Source: an uncultured Planctomycetaceae bacterium
Lineage (GTDB): Bacteria > Planctomycetota > Planctomycetia > Isosphaerales > Isosphaeraceae
Direction of reading: 5' to 3'
Assembly (NCBI GenBank): GCA_963833985.1
Contig: CAWIAD010000002.1
Coordinates: 4,128,001-4,192,000, forward strand
DNA length: 64,000 nucleotides
The translations under genes and the position numbers were made by a program. Positions 11,293-20,471 of the stretch are shown piece after piece. Within the stretch, counting starts at the first letter, position 1. Each line of letters begins with the position of its first letter. A model generated the notes under the pieces. That model did no database searches. It worked only from the letters and a program-made list of their open reading frames with translations, and was not told the DNA's origin.

Positions 11293-11481
11293 TCACGCTC
11301 TGAGAGAGGCCCCGGGCCGAGCCTGCCGGCGGCTCGGTCAGTCGCCCATCACGGTGATCGTGATCTGTCGGCGATGGGGATCGGTCCTCTGTTCCCAGGG
11401 ACACACGCCAGGCCCACTATGGGGAGGCGCTGAGGTTGGCGATATGAATGGCGGGTCTGAGTGTCGCGAGGTGTCAAAATC

Positions 11482-11490
11482 TGGTATGAT
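11482..11490 (+). promoter_or_regulatory. Candidate extended -10 promoter for hicAB
   Basis: TG-G-TATGAT in an AT-rich stretch upstream of hicA, followed by overlapping palindromes at 11506-11525. Confidence 0.35.
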
Positions 11491-11626
11491 GCACTTAACG
11501 GGTCAGTTCATTTGATGAACAAATGGGAAGTAGAAATCGGGCCTTGTGTGGAACGGAAAGTGTAACGGGTGAATACTCCCATCCCATAACAAGAATTTGA
11601 AACGTCTATTAAGGCCTTACGTCAAA

Positions 11627-11830
11627 TTGCCGAGAAAGGTCCGTGAGCTGGTGAAGGATTTGATGGACTCCGGTTTCACGATCGTCCCTGGAGGCGGCAA
11701 GGGAGCGCATCGGAAGTTCACGCACCCGAGTTACGCGGGAGCCGTTACCCTCAGCGGCAAGGAGGGCGACGACGCTAAAACCTATCAGGAGAGACAAGTC
11801 AAGCGAGCGATCGAGGAAGTCAAGAGATGA
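11627..11830 (+). CDS. hicA: HicA-family toxin
   Basis: (M)PRKVRELVKDLMDSGFTIVPGGGKGAHRKFTHP...VTLSGKEGDDAKTYQERQV; GxH motif; TTG start inferred (ORF open from 11597). Confidence 0.85.
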   Translation: MPRKVRELVKDLMDSGFTIVPGGGKGAHRKFTHPSYAGAVTLSGKEGDDAKTYQERQVKRAIEEVKR

Positions 11831-12048
11831 AGCCAATCGACGCATATCATCGCTGGGTGGAATGGAGCGACGAAGACCAGGTATACATCGGCAAGTGTCC
11901 TGATCTCATTACCGGAATTCACGGCGACGATCCGGTCCAGGTGTACAGAGAGCTTGGCGAGGTCGTTCAAGAGGTCATCGATCACTTTCAACTGGCCGGG
12001 CGGGAACTTCCACTCGCACGAACCAGACCGATGATGGAAGTATCCTGA
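11827..12048 (+). CDS. hicB: HicB-family antitoxin, short form
   Basis: ATGA overlap with hicA; YHRWVEWSDEDQVYIGKCPDL-ITGIHGDD...GRELP. Confidence 0.8.
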   Translation: MKPIDAYHRWVEWSDEDQVYIGKCPDLITGIHGDDPVQVYRELGEVVQEVIDHFQLAGRELPLARTRPMMEVS

Positions 12049-12176
12049 CTTTGACAGGAAAACGGTGTCAATGAAATCTGTGTCAGAACTACTCTCGAGC
12101 AATGTGTAAATAGAACTGGCATCGATTCCCCCGTTCTCCTGCAGCCTCCTCTCGGGAGTGTGAATGGGACATTCTT

Positions 12177-13656
12177 GAATGCCACAAAGTTAGTCAGAAG
12201 TGCTTCATTGGCAACTGTTTGCGGAGTTCGGATCTGGGCCTAGTCATCCGCATGTATTGTTTTGGTCGTCGCTTTACGACTCGGGGCTCGACGCGTCCAC
12301 GGCGCAATGGGTTGATGACGATCCGCGCGGGCTCAGAACCCCCTTCGGACCCGATCAGCCAGCGCACCGCGTCGATCAAGCCGATCCGATCCGGATCAAC
12401 GCCGCGCATGCGTGCCGACTCCAGCATGACCGATCTTACCAGGTTATACGCCAGGCTGAAAATCGCCAGCTCTTTGAGAACCCCTTCGACTGTCTCGCAA
12501 CGCAGAACATCCATCTTCATGCTAATCTTTATATGACGAAAATTGAGTTCGACTCTCCACCTCTTGTAGTAGAGTTCGGCCAGCTCTGTCGCCGGGTAGG
12601 TCGATGCGTCTAACAGAGTCGTGACCAGCGTGATTTCGCGCACCCGATACCCGGGTGTCTCGACCCGGTACCTCAGCTCGCGCACGGTGATCTCGGAGGG
12701 CAGCACCTCGAACTCATCCGCCGACATCCACTTCGGATGGGATTTCGATTTAAACCATGTGACAATCTGATCTGCGGTTCCCTGCGCCAACACCCACCGC
12801 GAACTCGGCAGACCCTGCGGCCTGGGGTACGGACCCTTCCTCCTGGCCATCGGACGACCCGGCGTGAAATCGACGATCTGCTGCTGGTGCACGCGGAAAA
12901 CCGCATGCAGACCGCGTTGCAGTAATATCGCCAGATGAGCATACGAGCAAAATCCGCGGTCACCGAGCACGATGTCTCCCGGCTCCAGGCCGTCGGAGAT
13001 CGGGCCAACCTGGGACATCTCGTGGGTCCGCAAAGGGGCCGTCCTCGAACGCAGAAGCATGCCGGTGGTGACGTCGAAGAGGGCCAGCCATTTCGCCACC
13101 GGGAAGCCACAGCCCTTGCGTTGACCGCTGGGTTGGCCGAAGTGACGTTGCAGTTCTGGTTGGTCCGGCATGGAGAAGCTGGAGCTGTCGACGACCCAGA
13201 TTCGGTGCCCGAGCCACCGCGCGCCATCCGAAGCAGTCCGCACGGCGGCAGCGGTCCGCTCCACGAGCCAGTCGAAGACGGCCAGCGGAAGCCGCTTTCG
13301 CGCCAGGCAGTAGGCGCTGTCGGTGAAGGTCCAAGCGCCGAAGTGCACCACGTGGCGACAAGCCGTGTTGCCATGAAGGACCTGGAGAAGGAACAGATAA
13401 ATGGTCGTCGCGGGGTCGAGAACGCGATTCCGCCAGCGGTGTTTCGCCTGGCGGCAGGCTTCTTCGATCGTCTCCCGGGACAATCCCGCGGCGATATCTT
13501 GGCGCAGTCGATCGAGAATAGGGATGATGCGAGGCGGCATGGGTGGGGCTCCCTCCAGCAACTGTGGGTCCTGGTACTTCCCACAGGATGCCCGGAGCCT
13601 CACCCATGGCGCAAGATCAAATGGCACAATTAGTTAAAATTAACTTCGCGGCATTC
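12177..13656 (-). mobile_element. IS4-family insertion sequence (1480 bp)
   Basis: Imperfect 17-bp IRs GAATGCCACAAAGTTAG and GAATGCCGCGAAGTTAA (reverse complement of 13640-13656); 11-bp direct repeat GGGACATTCTT at 12166-12176 and 13657-13667. Confidence 0.92.
12194..13540 (-). CDS. IS4-family DDE transposase
   Basis: VVDSSSFSMPD, GCGFPVAK, LGDRGFCSY, YREK-type YYKRWRVELNFRHIK, EPRVVKRRPK. Confidence 0.92.
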   Translation of the reverse strand: MPPRIIPILDRLRQDIAAGLSRETIEEACRQAKHRWRNRVLDPATTIYLFLLQVLHGNTACRHVVHFGAWTFTDSAYCLARKRLPLAVFDWLVERTAAAVRTASDGARWLGHRIWVVDSSSFSMPDQPELQRHFGQPSGQRKGCGFPVAKWLALFDVTTGMLLRSRTAPLRTHEMSQVGPISDGLEPGDIVLGDRGFCSYAHLAILLQRGLHAVFRVHQQQIVDFTPGRPMARRKGPYPRPQGLPSSRWVLAQGTADQIVTWFKSKSHPKWMSADEFEVLPSEITVRELRYRVETPGYRVREITLVTTLLDASTYPATELAELYYKRWRVELNFRHIKISMKMDVLRCETVEGVLKELAIFSLAYNLVRSVMLESARMRGVDPDRIGLIDAVRWLIGSEGGSEPARIVINPLRRGRVEPRVVKRRPKQYMRMTRPRSELRKQLPMKHF

Positions 13657-13776
13657 GGGACATTCTTATTGTTGGGCGTAGAATAGCTCCCCTGGGCAGA
13701 CTGTTAAATCGCAGTCGCGGATTGATGCATGCATCATTCGTTTAGTGAGTGTTTTGATCGGGCAGGGGGCTTCGCG

Positions 13777-14193
13777 TCACTCTCCGATGACGGTGATGAT
13801 GAGCCTGCGCCGGTGGGGATCAGTGCGGTGTTCCCAGAGAAAGATCCCCTGCCAGGTCCCCAGGTCGCAGCGGCCATCCTCAACCGGGATGGAGATCGAT
13901 GACTGGGTGAGGATGGACCGGACATGCGCCGGCATGTCGTCGGGACCCTCGAGGTCGTGAACGAAGCCCGGATCGCCATCCGGGACGACTCGGGCCATGA
14001 ACGTCTCCAGGTCTTGCCGCACGGTCGGATCTGCATTCTCGCAGACAATCAGTGATGCACTCGTGTGCTTCACGAAGACATTGCAAAGGCCGATCCGGAT
14101 GCCCGACCGGTGGACGAGCTGCTCAACCGACGGCGTGATCTCGTACGTGCCGCGGCCCCTGGTCTGGATCGTCAGACTCTCGCGGTGCACCAT
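13777..14193 (-). CDS. yjbQ: YjbQ/UPF0047 family protein
   Basis: HTSASLIVCENADPTV, EGPDDMPAHVRS, LGTWQGIFLWEHR. Confidence 0.92.
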   Translation of the reverse strand: MVHRESLTIQTRGRGTYEITPSVEQLVHRSGIRIGLCNVFVKHTSASLIVCENADPTVRQDLETFMARVVPDGDPGFVHDLEGPDDMPAHVRSILTQSSISIPVEDGRCDLGTWQGIFLWEHRTDPHRRRLIITVIGE

Positions 14194-14297
14194 CTGGCAT
14201 CTCCCTGAGTCGTACGGCCGTCATGAATATCCGGGTGAGGAGCAATGGCTGGATAGCAGCGAACGAACGTACATCAGGGTTATGGGACGGTACAAGC

Positions 14298-14942
14298 TCA
14301 CGCTTTGCCCGATACATGAGCCTGCTCGTCTGTGCTTGATCCGGACTCCGCGTGCGTTTGTCGCGGCGTGCTGGAGATCGTGGCAACCGTCAGTTGTGCG
14401 ATCACTTCATCCTCCTGTAGGATGAATGTGAAAGGTCCGAGGTTTACGATCTCCAGTACGACATTGCCACTCCACCCCGCGTGGATTGTTGGTGCGGTGA
14501 GGTGTACCAGGATCCCGGTCCTGGCTCGAGTACTCTTGCCGTCGATGAAACATATGTACTGAGCATTCTCCTTTGGTGTGCCGATCTTTTCCTTGGTCTG
14601 CCAAAGCAAGAAGCCACCCGGGCGTACAAGTACCTCGTCACCCCTCAGGCATACCAAGTCGGTTTGCTGGCTCTTCTTCAAGAGCGGTGGGGAGGTCAGG
14701 TATTCATCCGCGAATAACCCGAACTTGAAGCTGCCCAGTCGAAGTTCTGACTCTCCTAGCCCTTCCCTCTTGTTTCGATGGCTAATCGCCGCCATGTCCC
14801 ATATCTTCGCCTCGCTCACTTGATCCAAGCGGAGATCTATCGATGTTGGATCGACTTTGGGTGGACTGACTCCGTCTGGTGGCCGTATTATCAAAGACCC
14901 TTTATCCATGGCCCACTGGAGGTCACGATCAGATAGGTACAT
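14298..14942 (-). CDS. dcd: dCTP deaminase (trimeric dUTPase fold), variant
   Basis: MYLSDRDL, DPTSIDLRL, PGGFLL, DGKSTRARTGILVHLTAPTIHAGWSGNVVLEIVNLG, IAQL. Confidence 0.85.
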   Translation of the reverse strand: MYLSDRDLQWAMDKGSLIIRPPDGVSPPKVDPTSIDLRLDQVSEAKIWDMAAISHRNKREGLGESELRLGSFKFGLFADEYLTSPPLLKKSQQTDLVCLRGDEVLVRPGGFLLWQTKEKIGTPKENAQYICFIDGKSTRARTGILVHLTAPTIHAGWSGNVVLEIVNLGPFTFILQEDEVIAQLTVATISSTPRQTHAESGSSTDEQAHVSGKA

Positions 14943-15255
14943 AATCCGTTTGCTTTGACTTGATGAAGCGGATCTGCTGGATAGAAACCTGGATGACTTC
15001 TCCGTCTGGCACAACAACATGAGCCAGTTGGCCACCATTTGCGAGCACTTGTCCCTCGACAAAGCCTTCGATAGAACCTCCTTTGGCTGGATCATCCGGA
15101 CCAAGAGGGGATCGGTCCTGGTGACGGCAATAATCGATCGGCGCAACTCCGACATATTCCGACTGATCTGCCAGGGTGAGCCGGAAGACACGCTCGCCCG
15201 AAAAGCCGCTTCGGGTCAAGTGGCATGGCAGCAGGACGGTCTGACTTTTCTCCAT
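14929..15255 (-). CDS. Small hypothetical protein overlapping the dcd start
   Basis: GGAGG RBS (reverse complement of 15262-15266); MEKSQTVLLPCHLTRSGFSGERVFRL...VVVPDGEVIQV; 14-bp overlap with dcd. Confidence 0.7.
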   Translation of the reverse strand: MEKSQTVLLPCHLTRSGFSGERVFRLTLADQSEYVGVAPIDYCRHQDRSPLGPDDPAKGGSIEGFVEGQVLANGGQLAHVVVPDGEVIQVSIQQIRFIKSKQTDYVPI

Positions 15256-15822
15256 GATCATCCTCCGGCAGAGGTTCGCGATTGACCGGTTTGAACAATT
15301 GAACAGTAACAGGAGCCGGTGGCTGATTCAAGATCCTGCTGCGGCAACGCACCATTCCGTCTATCACGCAACCGCGTTCAAATGGGCCGCTATTCGGTAT
15401 CCGCGAAACCTGTATCGGTCAAGCCGAGGGCGCACGGTTCAGAGTTTCCCATATCACCCAGGGCTGCGAGACGGCGACGACCGCTTGGCCATTCTGGTCA
15501 TCACGAAGTCTAGAACGCAACAATCCTGCTCATTCCAAAGTCTCCGCCTTGCCGTCGCCTGCACGGGGGACTCAGTACCCACTTCCGCAAAAGCGATATC
15601 ATGCAAACCTTGGACCATCCAACGCGAGCACGACAATGGCCAGGCGAACATAACGATCATTATCAGACGCAATATCCAGGAACCGTTTCGCCACGGTCTT
15701 ATCGTCAAGTTCCCCGGTATCTGACGCGGTTTCTTCGAGGCTATCGGGCGCCGTTGGTCGGCCGGATTGACCCGCACGATCGCGCCAGTTTCTCACTCCG
15801 CCCCTCGACTATTGCCGGCTCT

Positions 15823-17910
15823 TCACTCGTGCAGGACGTTCTGGGCCGACGAGGACGGGATCACGATCAACCAGCCGTCGGAAGCTACGGCGACTACCAT
15901 TCCCCTTATTCTTCCCATCGCATCAATGACCGGCCCTCCGGTTAATACGGACACAGGTGGGGTGCCAACCTCGTAAGCATTCGGGAACCCGTCGTGATGG
16001 AACTCCTCGCCTTTCGGTGACGGCGGGATAGAGCCAGGGGCGCACGTCACCGAACCCGCGACCGTCTTCCCGCCAGCAGTCGGCAAGGCGAGGAGCAACC
16101 CGACTGGCGGGATGTCCTTCGACTCCCAACCCCTGATGACGGGGAGGTCGGCTGCCGCGATTCGGAGCATGGCTATGTCGTCTTTCCGCGAGATGCGGAC
16201 GACCTTCGCCGGCTCCGTGCGCCCGTCGGCCAAGCGGCATGATGGATCCTTAGAAAGGGCACTTGCCTTGGTCAGTATCCCACCATCGCGGGTTACGATC
16301 GTCCCGAGGGCCACCGGCTCGTCGCCGTTCAGGATCGTAACGAGCGACTTCCTGACTGACTCGGCACGGTGTCGGAGCTCAGCCTTTGCCTCCTCGAGTT
16401 CGGAGGGACCTCGCTCCTCCACGAACGCCCCGGGAGCCAATTCTCGCGAACTCGCGCTTACGAGTTCGATCCTCGCGTAGTAATCGCCATCAAACCGATT
16501 CCTCCCATGGACGATCCCCACCAGACGTCCGTCCGAGTCAAACAGGCCGCCTCCGGACTGCCCGCCGGTGACAGGAGGGTAGGTGTTGGCATGTAGAAGG
16601 TTGAGGCCCACAGGAGCTATCCGATTACTTGGCGCGATCGAGATTCCCAACCCGACCACGGGCGGACAACCGGCCGCAAGTTCACCAGGGTACCCCACGA
16701 CGAAACAAGGGGCACCCGGCGCGAGTCGGCGGGAGTCGCCCCGATCGACGTGCGGCCAATCCCCGGGCGACGTGATCTGCGCAAGGCCCACGTCGCTGAT
16801 CGGATTGGAGCCGATAACTCTCCCCGTCGTGTTCCTACCATCAGAGAGCGAGATGGAGAGTTTTACCCCGGGTTTCTTGAAGTGGTGGGCGCATGTGATA
16901 ATGAGTCCATCCTTGTCCACGAGAACGCCGCTCCACGCCTTGTCTCCTGGCCGCGTCGCCTCGCGCATCCGCACTGTCGCTGCTATGGCCCGATCCCGGG
17001 CGATTGGTGCGAGCGGCGCGTCGGGGCGGGAGGGCCGGATGGTCTCGGCTCGCTCCTCGGCAGGCCAGAGCCTTCGGAGGTCGGCGTCCTTGCCGTTGAC
17101 TAAGTCCCCCCAGAATGACTTGATCAGCCGGGCGTGGGCGTAGAACCTTTCTTCATTTTGCCCTCCGGGGTAGGCGAGGCCACCCACACCGATCAGCCCC
17201 CCATCGAGGTCGAACGCGACCTCTCCCAGCCATCCCGACGATGCGTCTCCCCCAGTCGTGCCTACCCACGACAGGGGAACGGTCGAAGTCATGGTCTCGA
17301 TCCGTGCGGCCGGAGTCGTGCTTACCCCGTGCCCGTCCAGCCGGAAACCGAGGGTCATCACGGCGTGGCCAGGCTTACTCGCGGCCGAGCTGTCCAAGGC
17401 GACATGGGGCCACGGGCCATCGCCATCGAGACGCAGCAACGCGACGCCCCATTCCCCCGACCGGCCCAGAATCCGGCCCGCCACCCGGCGATTATCGGAC
17501 AGCAGGACCTCGATAGAGTCTACCTTTCCCCCCGTGGCGCAAAGTAGCAGCCCATCGCACGTGACTATCACCCCGGTCTTGCGCCACCGAGGACGACGGT
17601 TCTTTCCGTCGCGACCCTCCACGAGAACGATGCTGGGTCTGACTCGCGCGTAAGCGGTGTCGACTCGCTGGGCGATCCGATCGGACTTACCAAGGTCAGC
17701 GGCTGCTCCAGGCAATATTGCCGTGCAGGCCGGTTCGACCCCGACACTTTGAGAGGCGGGTCCAAATGCGGCCAACACCAGCGCGAGCGAGATAATAGAT
17801 GTCACCAGCGGCTCCTGTTCGAGGCTGGAATCCCGCCACTCAGCGATCGAATCTTGCACGTCGACCGTGGACTGACGGGCACTGGACAAGCGCAGGGATA
17901 GCATGGCCAC
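15823..17910 (-). CDS. Secreted protein with three tandem trypsin-like (S1C) domains
   Basis: Signal-like segment near 17800 (true start uncertain); middle domain has TCAHH, SDVGL, GGQSGGGLF; flanking domains keep the fold pattern but lack the catalytic His/Ser. Confidence 0.75.
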   Translation of the reverse strand: MAMLSLRLSSARQSTVDVQDSIAEWRDSSLEQEPLVTSIISLALVLAAFGPASQSVGVEPACTAILPGAAADLGKSDRIAQRVDTAYARVRPSIVLVEGRDGKNRRPRWRKTGVIVTCDGLLLCATGGKVDSIEVLLSDNRRVAGRILGRSGEWGVALLRLDGDGPWPHVALDSSAASKPGHAVMTLGFRLDGHGVSTTPAARIETMTSTVPLSWVGTTGGDASSGWLGEVAFDLDGGLIGVGGLAYPGGQNEERFYAHARLIKSFWGDLVNGKDADLRRLWPAEERAETIRPSRPDAPLAPIARDRAIAATVRMREATRPGDKAWSGVLVDKDGLIITCAHHFKKPGVKLSISLSDGRNTTGRVIGSNPISDVGLAQITSPGDWPHVDRGDSRRLAPGAPCFVVGYPGELAAGCPPVVGLGISIAPSNRIAPVGLNLLHANTYPPVTGGQSGGGLFDSDGRLVGIVHGRNRFDGDYYARIELVSASSRELAPGAFVEERGPSELEEAKAELRHRAESVRKSLVTILNGDEPVALGTIVTRDGGILTKASALSKDPSCRLADGRTEPAKVVRISRKDDIAMLRIAAADLPVIRGWESKDIPPVGLLLALPTAGGKTVAGSVTCAPGSIPPSPKGEEFHHDGFPNAYEVGTPPVSVLTGGPVIDAMGRIRGMVVAVASDGWLIVIPSSSAQNVLHE

Positions 17911-18008
17911 TGATTTCGATCATGCCCGTTCGATCGCCGGATCGTCCAGCGAATTCGTGGATCATAACCTGTTAGGAAGCCGACCAGACACCCCACGTCG
18001 GCCGCCGG

Positions 18009-18150
18009 TCAGATTGAGATTCGCTCAACGATGTTTCGCGTGACCTTGCGGCGGCGGGGGTCGTAGATTCGGGTCGTCCGTGGGTCCGCTTGGCCCGCCA
18101 GGTATTGCACGGCCTCCAACGGGACGTTCTACTCCAGCAGGTCCGCCACC
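18009..18150 (-). pseudogene. Tyrosine recombinase/integrase C-terminal remnant
   Basis: Translates VADLLE*NVPLEAVQYLAGQADPRTTRIYDPRRRKVTRNIVERISI* (box II LAGH-like motif and catalytic Tyr); internal TAG at 18129-18131. Confidence 0.8.
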
Positions 18151-18208
18151 GGTGCTTCCCAGGATAACGAAGGTGATGCGGGCTTCTGAGGTCGAACGCG
18201 TCCTGCGC

Positions 18209-19318
18209 CTATTCCATCCTCCGCCGGAACATCCAGGCGGCCGTCGTGAGCGTGGTGGCGGCGATGGCGAGCAGTGGACCCAGCCGCCTGAGGACTTCCG
18301 CGGCCGGCAGGTCTTTCAAAAAGAGCCCCTTGAGGATGGCGATGAAGTGCCGGACAGGGTTGGCGAGCGTCAACGTCTGCAACCACCCGGGCATGTTCTC
18401 GATGGGTGTGGCGAACCCCGAAAGCAGCATCGCCGGCACCATGAACATGAATGCATAGAGGATGGCCTGTTGCTGTGTCCTGGCCAGGCTCGACACCATC
18501 AGTCCGACCCCGATCAGCGCGGCCAGGTAGACGATCATGCTCAGGTAGAGCAACGAGATGGAGCCCCGGAACGGCACGCCGATCACGAACACGCCGACCA
18601 GGACCATACCACTGGCCTCGGCCACGCCGATGAGCAGCGCCGGAATGCTCTTGCCGATGAGGATCTCGGTGGGAGAGAGCGGCGAGACCAGGAGCTGGTC
18701 AAACGTGCCGAGTTCCCGCTCGCGGGCCACCGAGAGCCCCGTGATCATCAGCCCCAGCAGTGTCGACAGGATGGCGACCAGGGCGGGCACCGTGCTCCAT
18801 TTCGAGTCCAGGTTGGGGTTGAACCAGACCCTGGGCACGAGCGTGCTCGCGGCCGTCGGTCCACGACGTGTCGCCGCCAGTTCGGCCTCGTAACGGGCGA
18901 CGATGTCGCCGGCGTATCCCGCGACCAGTTGGGCCGCGTTCGAGCGCCGGCCATCCAGGATCAACTGCACGGGTGCCGGCTGGCCGGCGGCGATTCTCCG
19001 AGAGAAGTCGCTCCCCAGCCGGACCACCATGAGCGCGCGCAGGGAGTCGATCGCGGGCGCCACCTCCGCGTCAGACCGCAAGCGGACAACACGCGCGAAG
19101 TTCGGCGAGCCCTCGAGACGGGCGATCAGGTCCCTGCCGACGACACCGCCGTCCTCATTGAGCACCGCGATGGGTACGTCCCTCACCTCCTGCGTGGCCG
19201 CGAACGTGAACACCAGCATCTGGATGATGGGGGGCACAATCAGGATCGTCCGGCTCCTGGGGTCCCTCCAGACCGCCAGCAGCTCCTTGATGACCAGGAA
19301 GCGGATGCGCTGGAACAT
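18209..19318 (-). CDS. ABC-2 permease (YbhR-like)
   Basis: WFNPNLDS, SVARERELGTFDQLLVSPL, LLSGFATPIENMP. Confidence 0.9.
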   Translation of the reverse strand: MFQRIRFLVIKELLAVWRDPRSRTILIVPPIIQMLVFTFAATQEVRDVPIAVLNEDGGVVGRDLIARLEGSPNFARVVRLRSDAEVAPAIDSLRALMVVRLGSDFSRRIAAGQPAPVQLILDGRRSNAAQLVAGYAGDIVARYEAELAATRRGPTAASTLVPRVWFNPNLDSKWSTVPALVAILSTLLGLMITGLSVARERELGTFDQLLVSPLSPTEILIGKSIPALLIGVAEASGMVLVGVFVIGVPFRGSISLLYLSMIVYLAALIGVGLMVSSLARTQQQAILYAFMFMVPAMLLSGFATPIENMPGWLQTLTLANPVRHFIAILKGLFLKDLPAAEVLRRLGPLLAIAATTLTTAAWMFRRRME

Positions 19319-19319
19319 G

Positions 19320-20471
19320 TCAGCCCTCAAGCCTGCTCGGCGTGGACCGGACAAGCAGCGTGCTGAGGACGGCCGCGAAGCCACACAGGACCAGTCCGTT
19401 CGGTACCAGGACGGCGGGGACGTCTCCGGCCAGGAAGATCGTCTGCAACGAGGCGACGTAGTACCGGGGGGGAAGCACCCAGGTCAGCAGCCGGATCGGG
19501 GCCGGCATGCTGTCGATCTCGAAGATCAGGCCCGAGAGCTCGAAGGCCGGCAGGAAGCCGATGATGAGAGCCGCCTGGCAGGCCACGAACTGGTTTTTTG
19601 TGCGCGTCGAGATCAGCAGCCCGAGGGTAAGCATCGTCGCGAGATACGCGGTGGAGATCGCCGTCAGGGACCAGACGGAGCCCCGGAAGGGCACCCCGAA
19701 GAACCAGACCGAGGCGCCCGCCGAGACCAGCAGCGAGAGCATCCCCAGCGCGTAGTAGGGGACGATCTTGCCCGCCAGGATCTCCAGGCGGCCGGCGGGC
19801 GTTGCCAGCAACGCCTCCATCGTGCCCCGCTCCCACTCCCGGGCCACGACCAGGGCGGTTAGCAGCGTGCCAATGAGGGTCAGGTTGATGGCCACGGCCC
19901 CGGGCAGAAGCGAGTACCGGCTATCCAGGCTGGGGTTGAACCAGATCCGCGGCTCGGTGGTCAGCAAGGGCCGCGCAGCCGGGCGGTCGACCAGCCCCGC
20001 CTTGGACACCGCCTCCTGACGCAGCCAGTTCTGCCAGACCCCCTGCACATAGCCCAGCACCAGCCCGGCGGTGTTCGGGTCGCTGCCGTCCACGAGCACC
20101 TGGACGGGGCCCTGGTCGCCGCGTCCGATGCGCTCGGTGAAATCCGCACGGATCACGACAATCCCCGCGATCTTGCCGTCCACCAGGGCCTCCTCGACCT
20201 GGGCCGCATCGAGCGCTTCGCTGACCTGGAAGTAGCGGGAATTCCGGTACGCGTCGAGCAGGCTTGTGGCCTCCGGTGAGGGCCGCTCGACCACGACCGC
20301 CACGCGAACATGCTGAAGGTCGAGCGACACGCCGAAGGCGAAGATGAACAGCAAGAGCAGGGGCAGGACGCCGGCGATCAGGAACGCGCTGGGGTCGCGG
20401 AGGATCTGTAGCGACTCCTTGCGGATGAGTGCGGCGACCCTGCGGAGGCGACCGCCCGGTAAGGCCGTCAT
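19320..20471 (-). CDS. ABC-2 permease (YbhS-like)
   Basis: RKESLQILRDP, VDGSDPNTA, VVAREWERGTMEALLATP. Confidence 0.9.
   Translation of the reverse strand: MTALPGGRLRRVAALIRKESLQILRDPSAFLIAGVLPLLLLFIFAFGVSLDLQHVRVAVVVERPSPEATSLLDAYRNSRYFQVSEALDAAQVEEALVDGKIAGIVVIRADFTERIGRGDQGPVQVLVDGSDPNTAGLVLGYVQGVWQNWLRQEAVSKAGLVDRPAARPLLTTEPRIWFNPSLDSRYSLLPGAVAINLTLIGTLLTALVVAREWERGTMEALLATPAGRLEILAGKIVPYYALGMLSLLVSAGASVWFFGVPFRGSVWSLTAISTAYLATMLTLGLLISTRTKNQFVACQAALIIGFLPAFELSGLIFEIDSMPAPIRLLTWVLPPRYYVASLQTIFLAGDVPAVLVPNGLVLCGFAAVLSTLLVRSTPSRLEG

Noticed and set aside
14298..14942. Assigning dcd to the known anti-phage dCTP deaminase (AvcD-type) system
   Set aside because: It lacks the HxE/PCxxC zinc motif and kinase domain and belongs to the trimeric dUTPase-like family.
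15270..15820. Short ORFs in the gap between the dcd module and the protease
   Set aside because: No recognisable motif, RBS or consistent frame; left unannotated.
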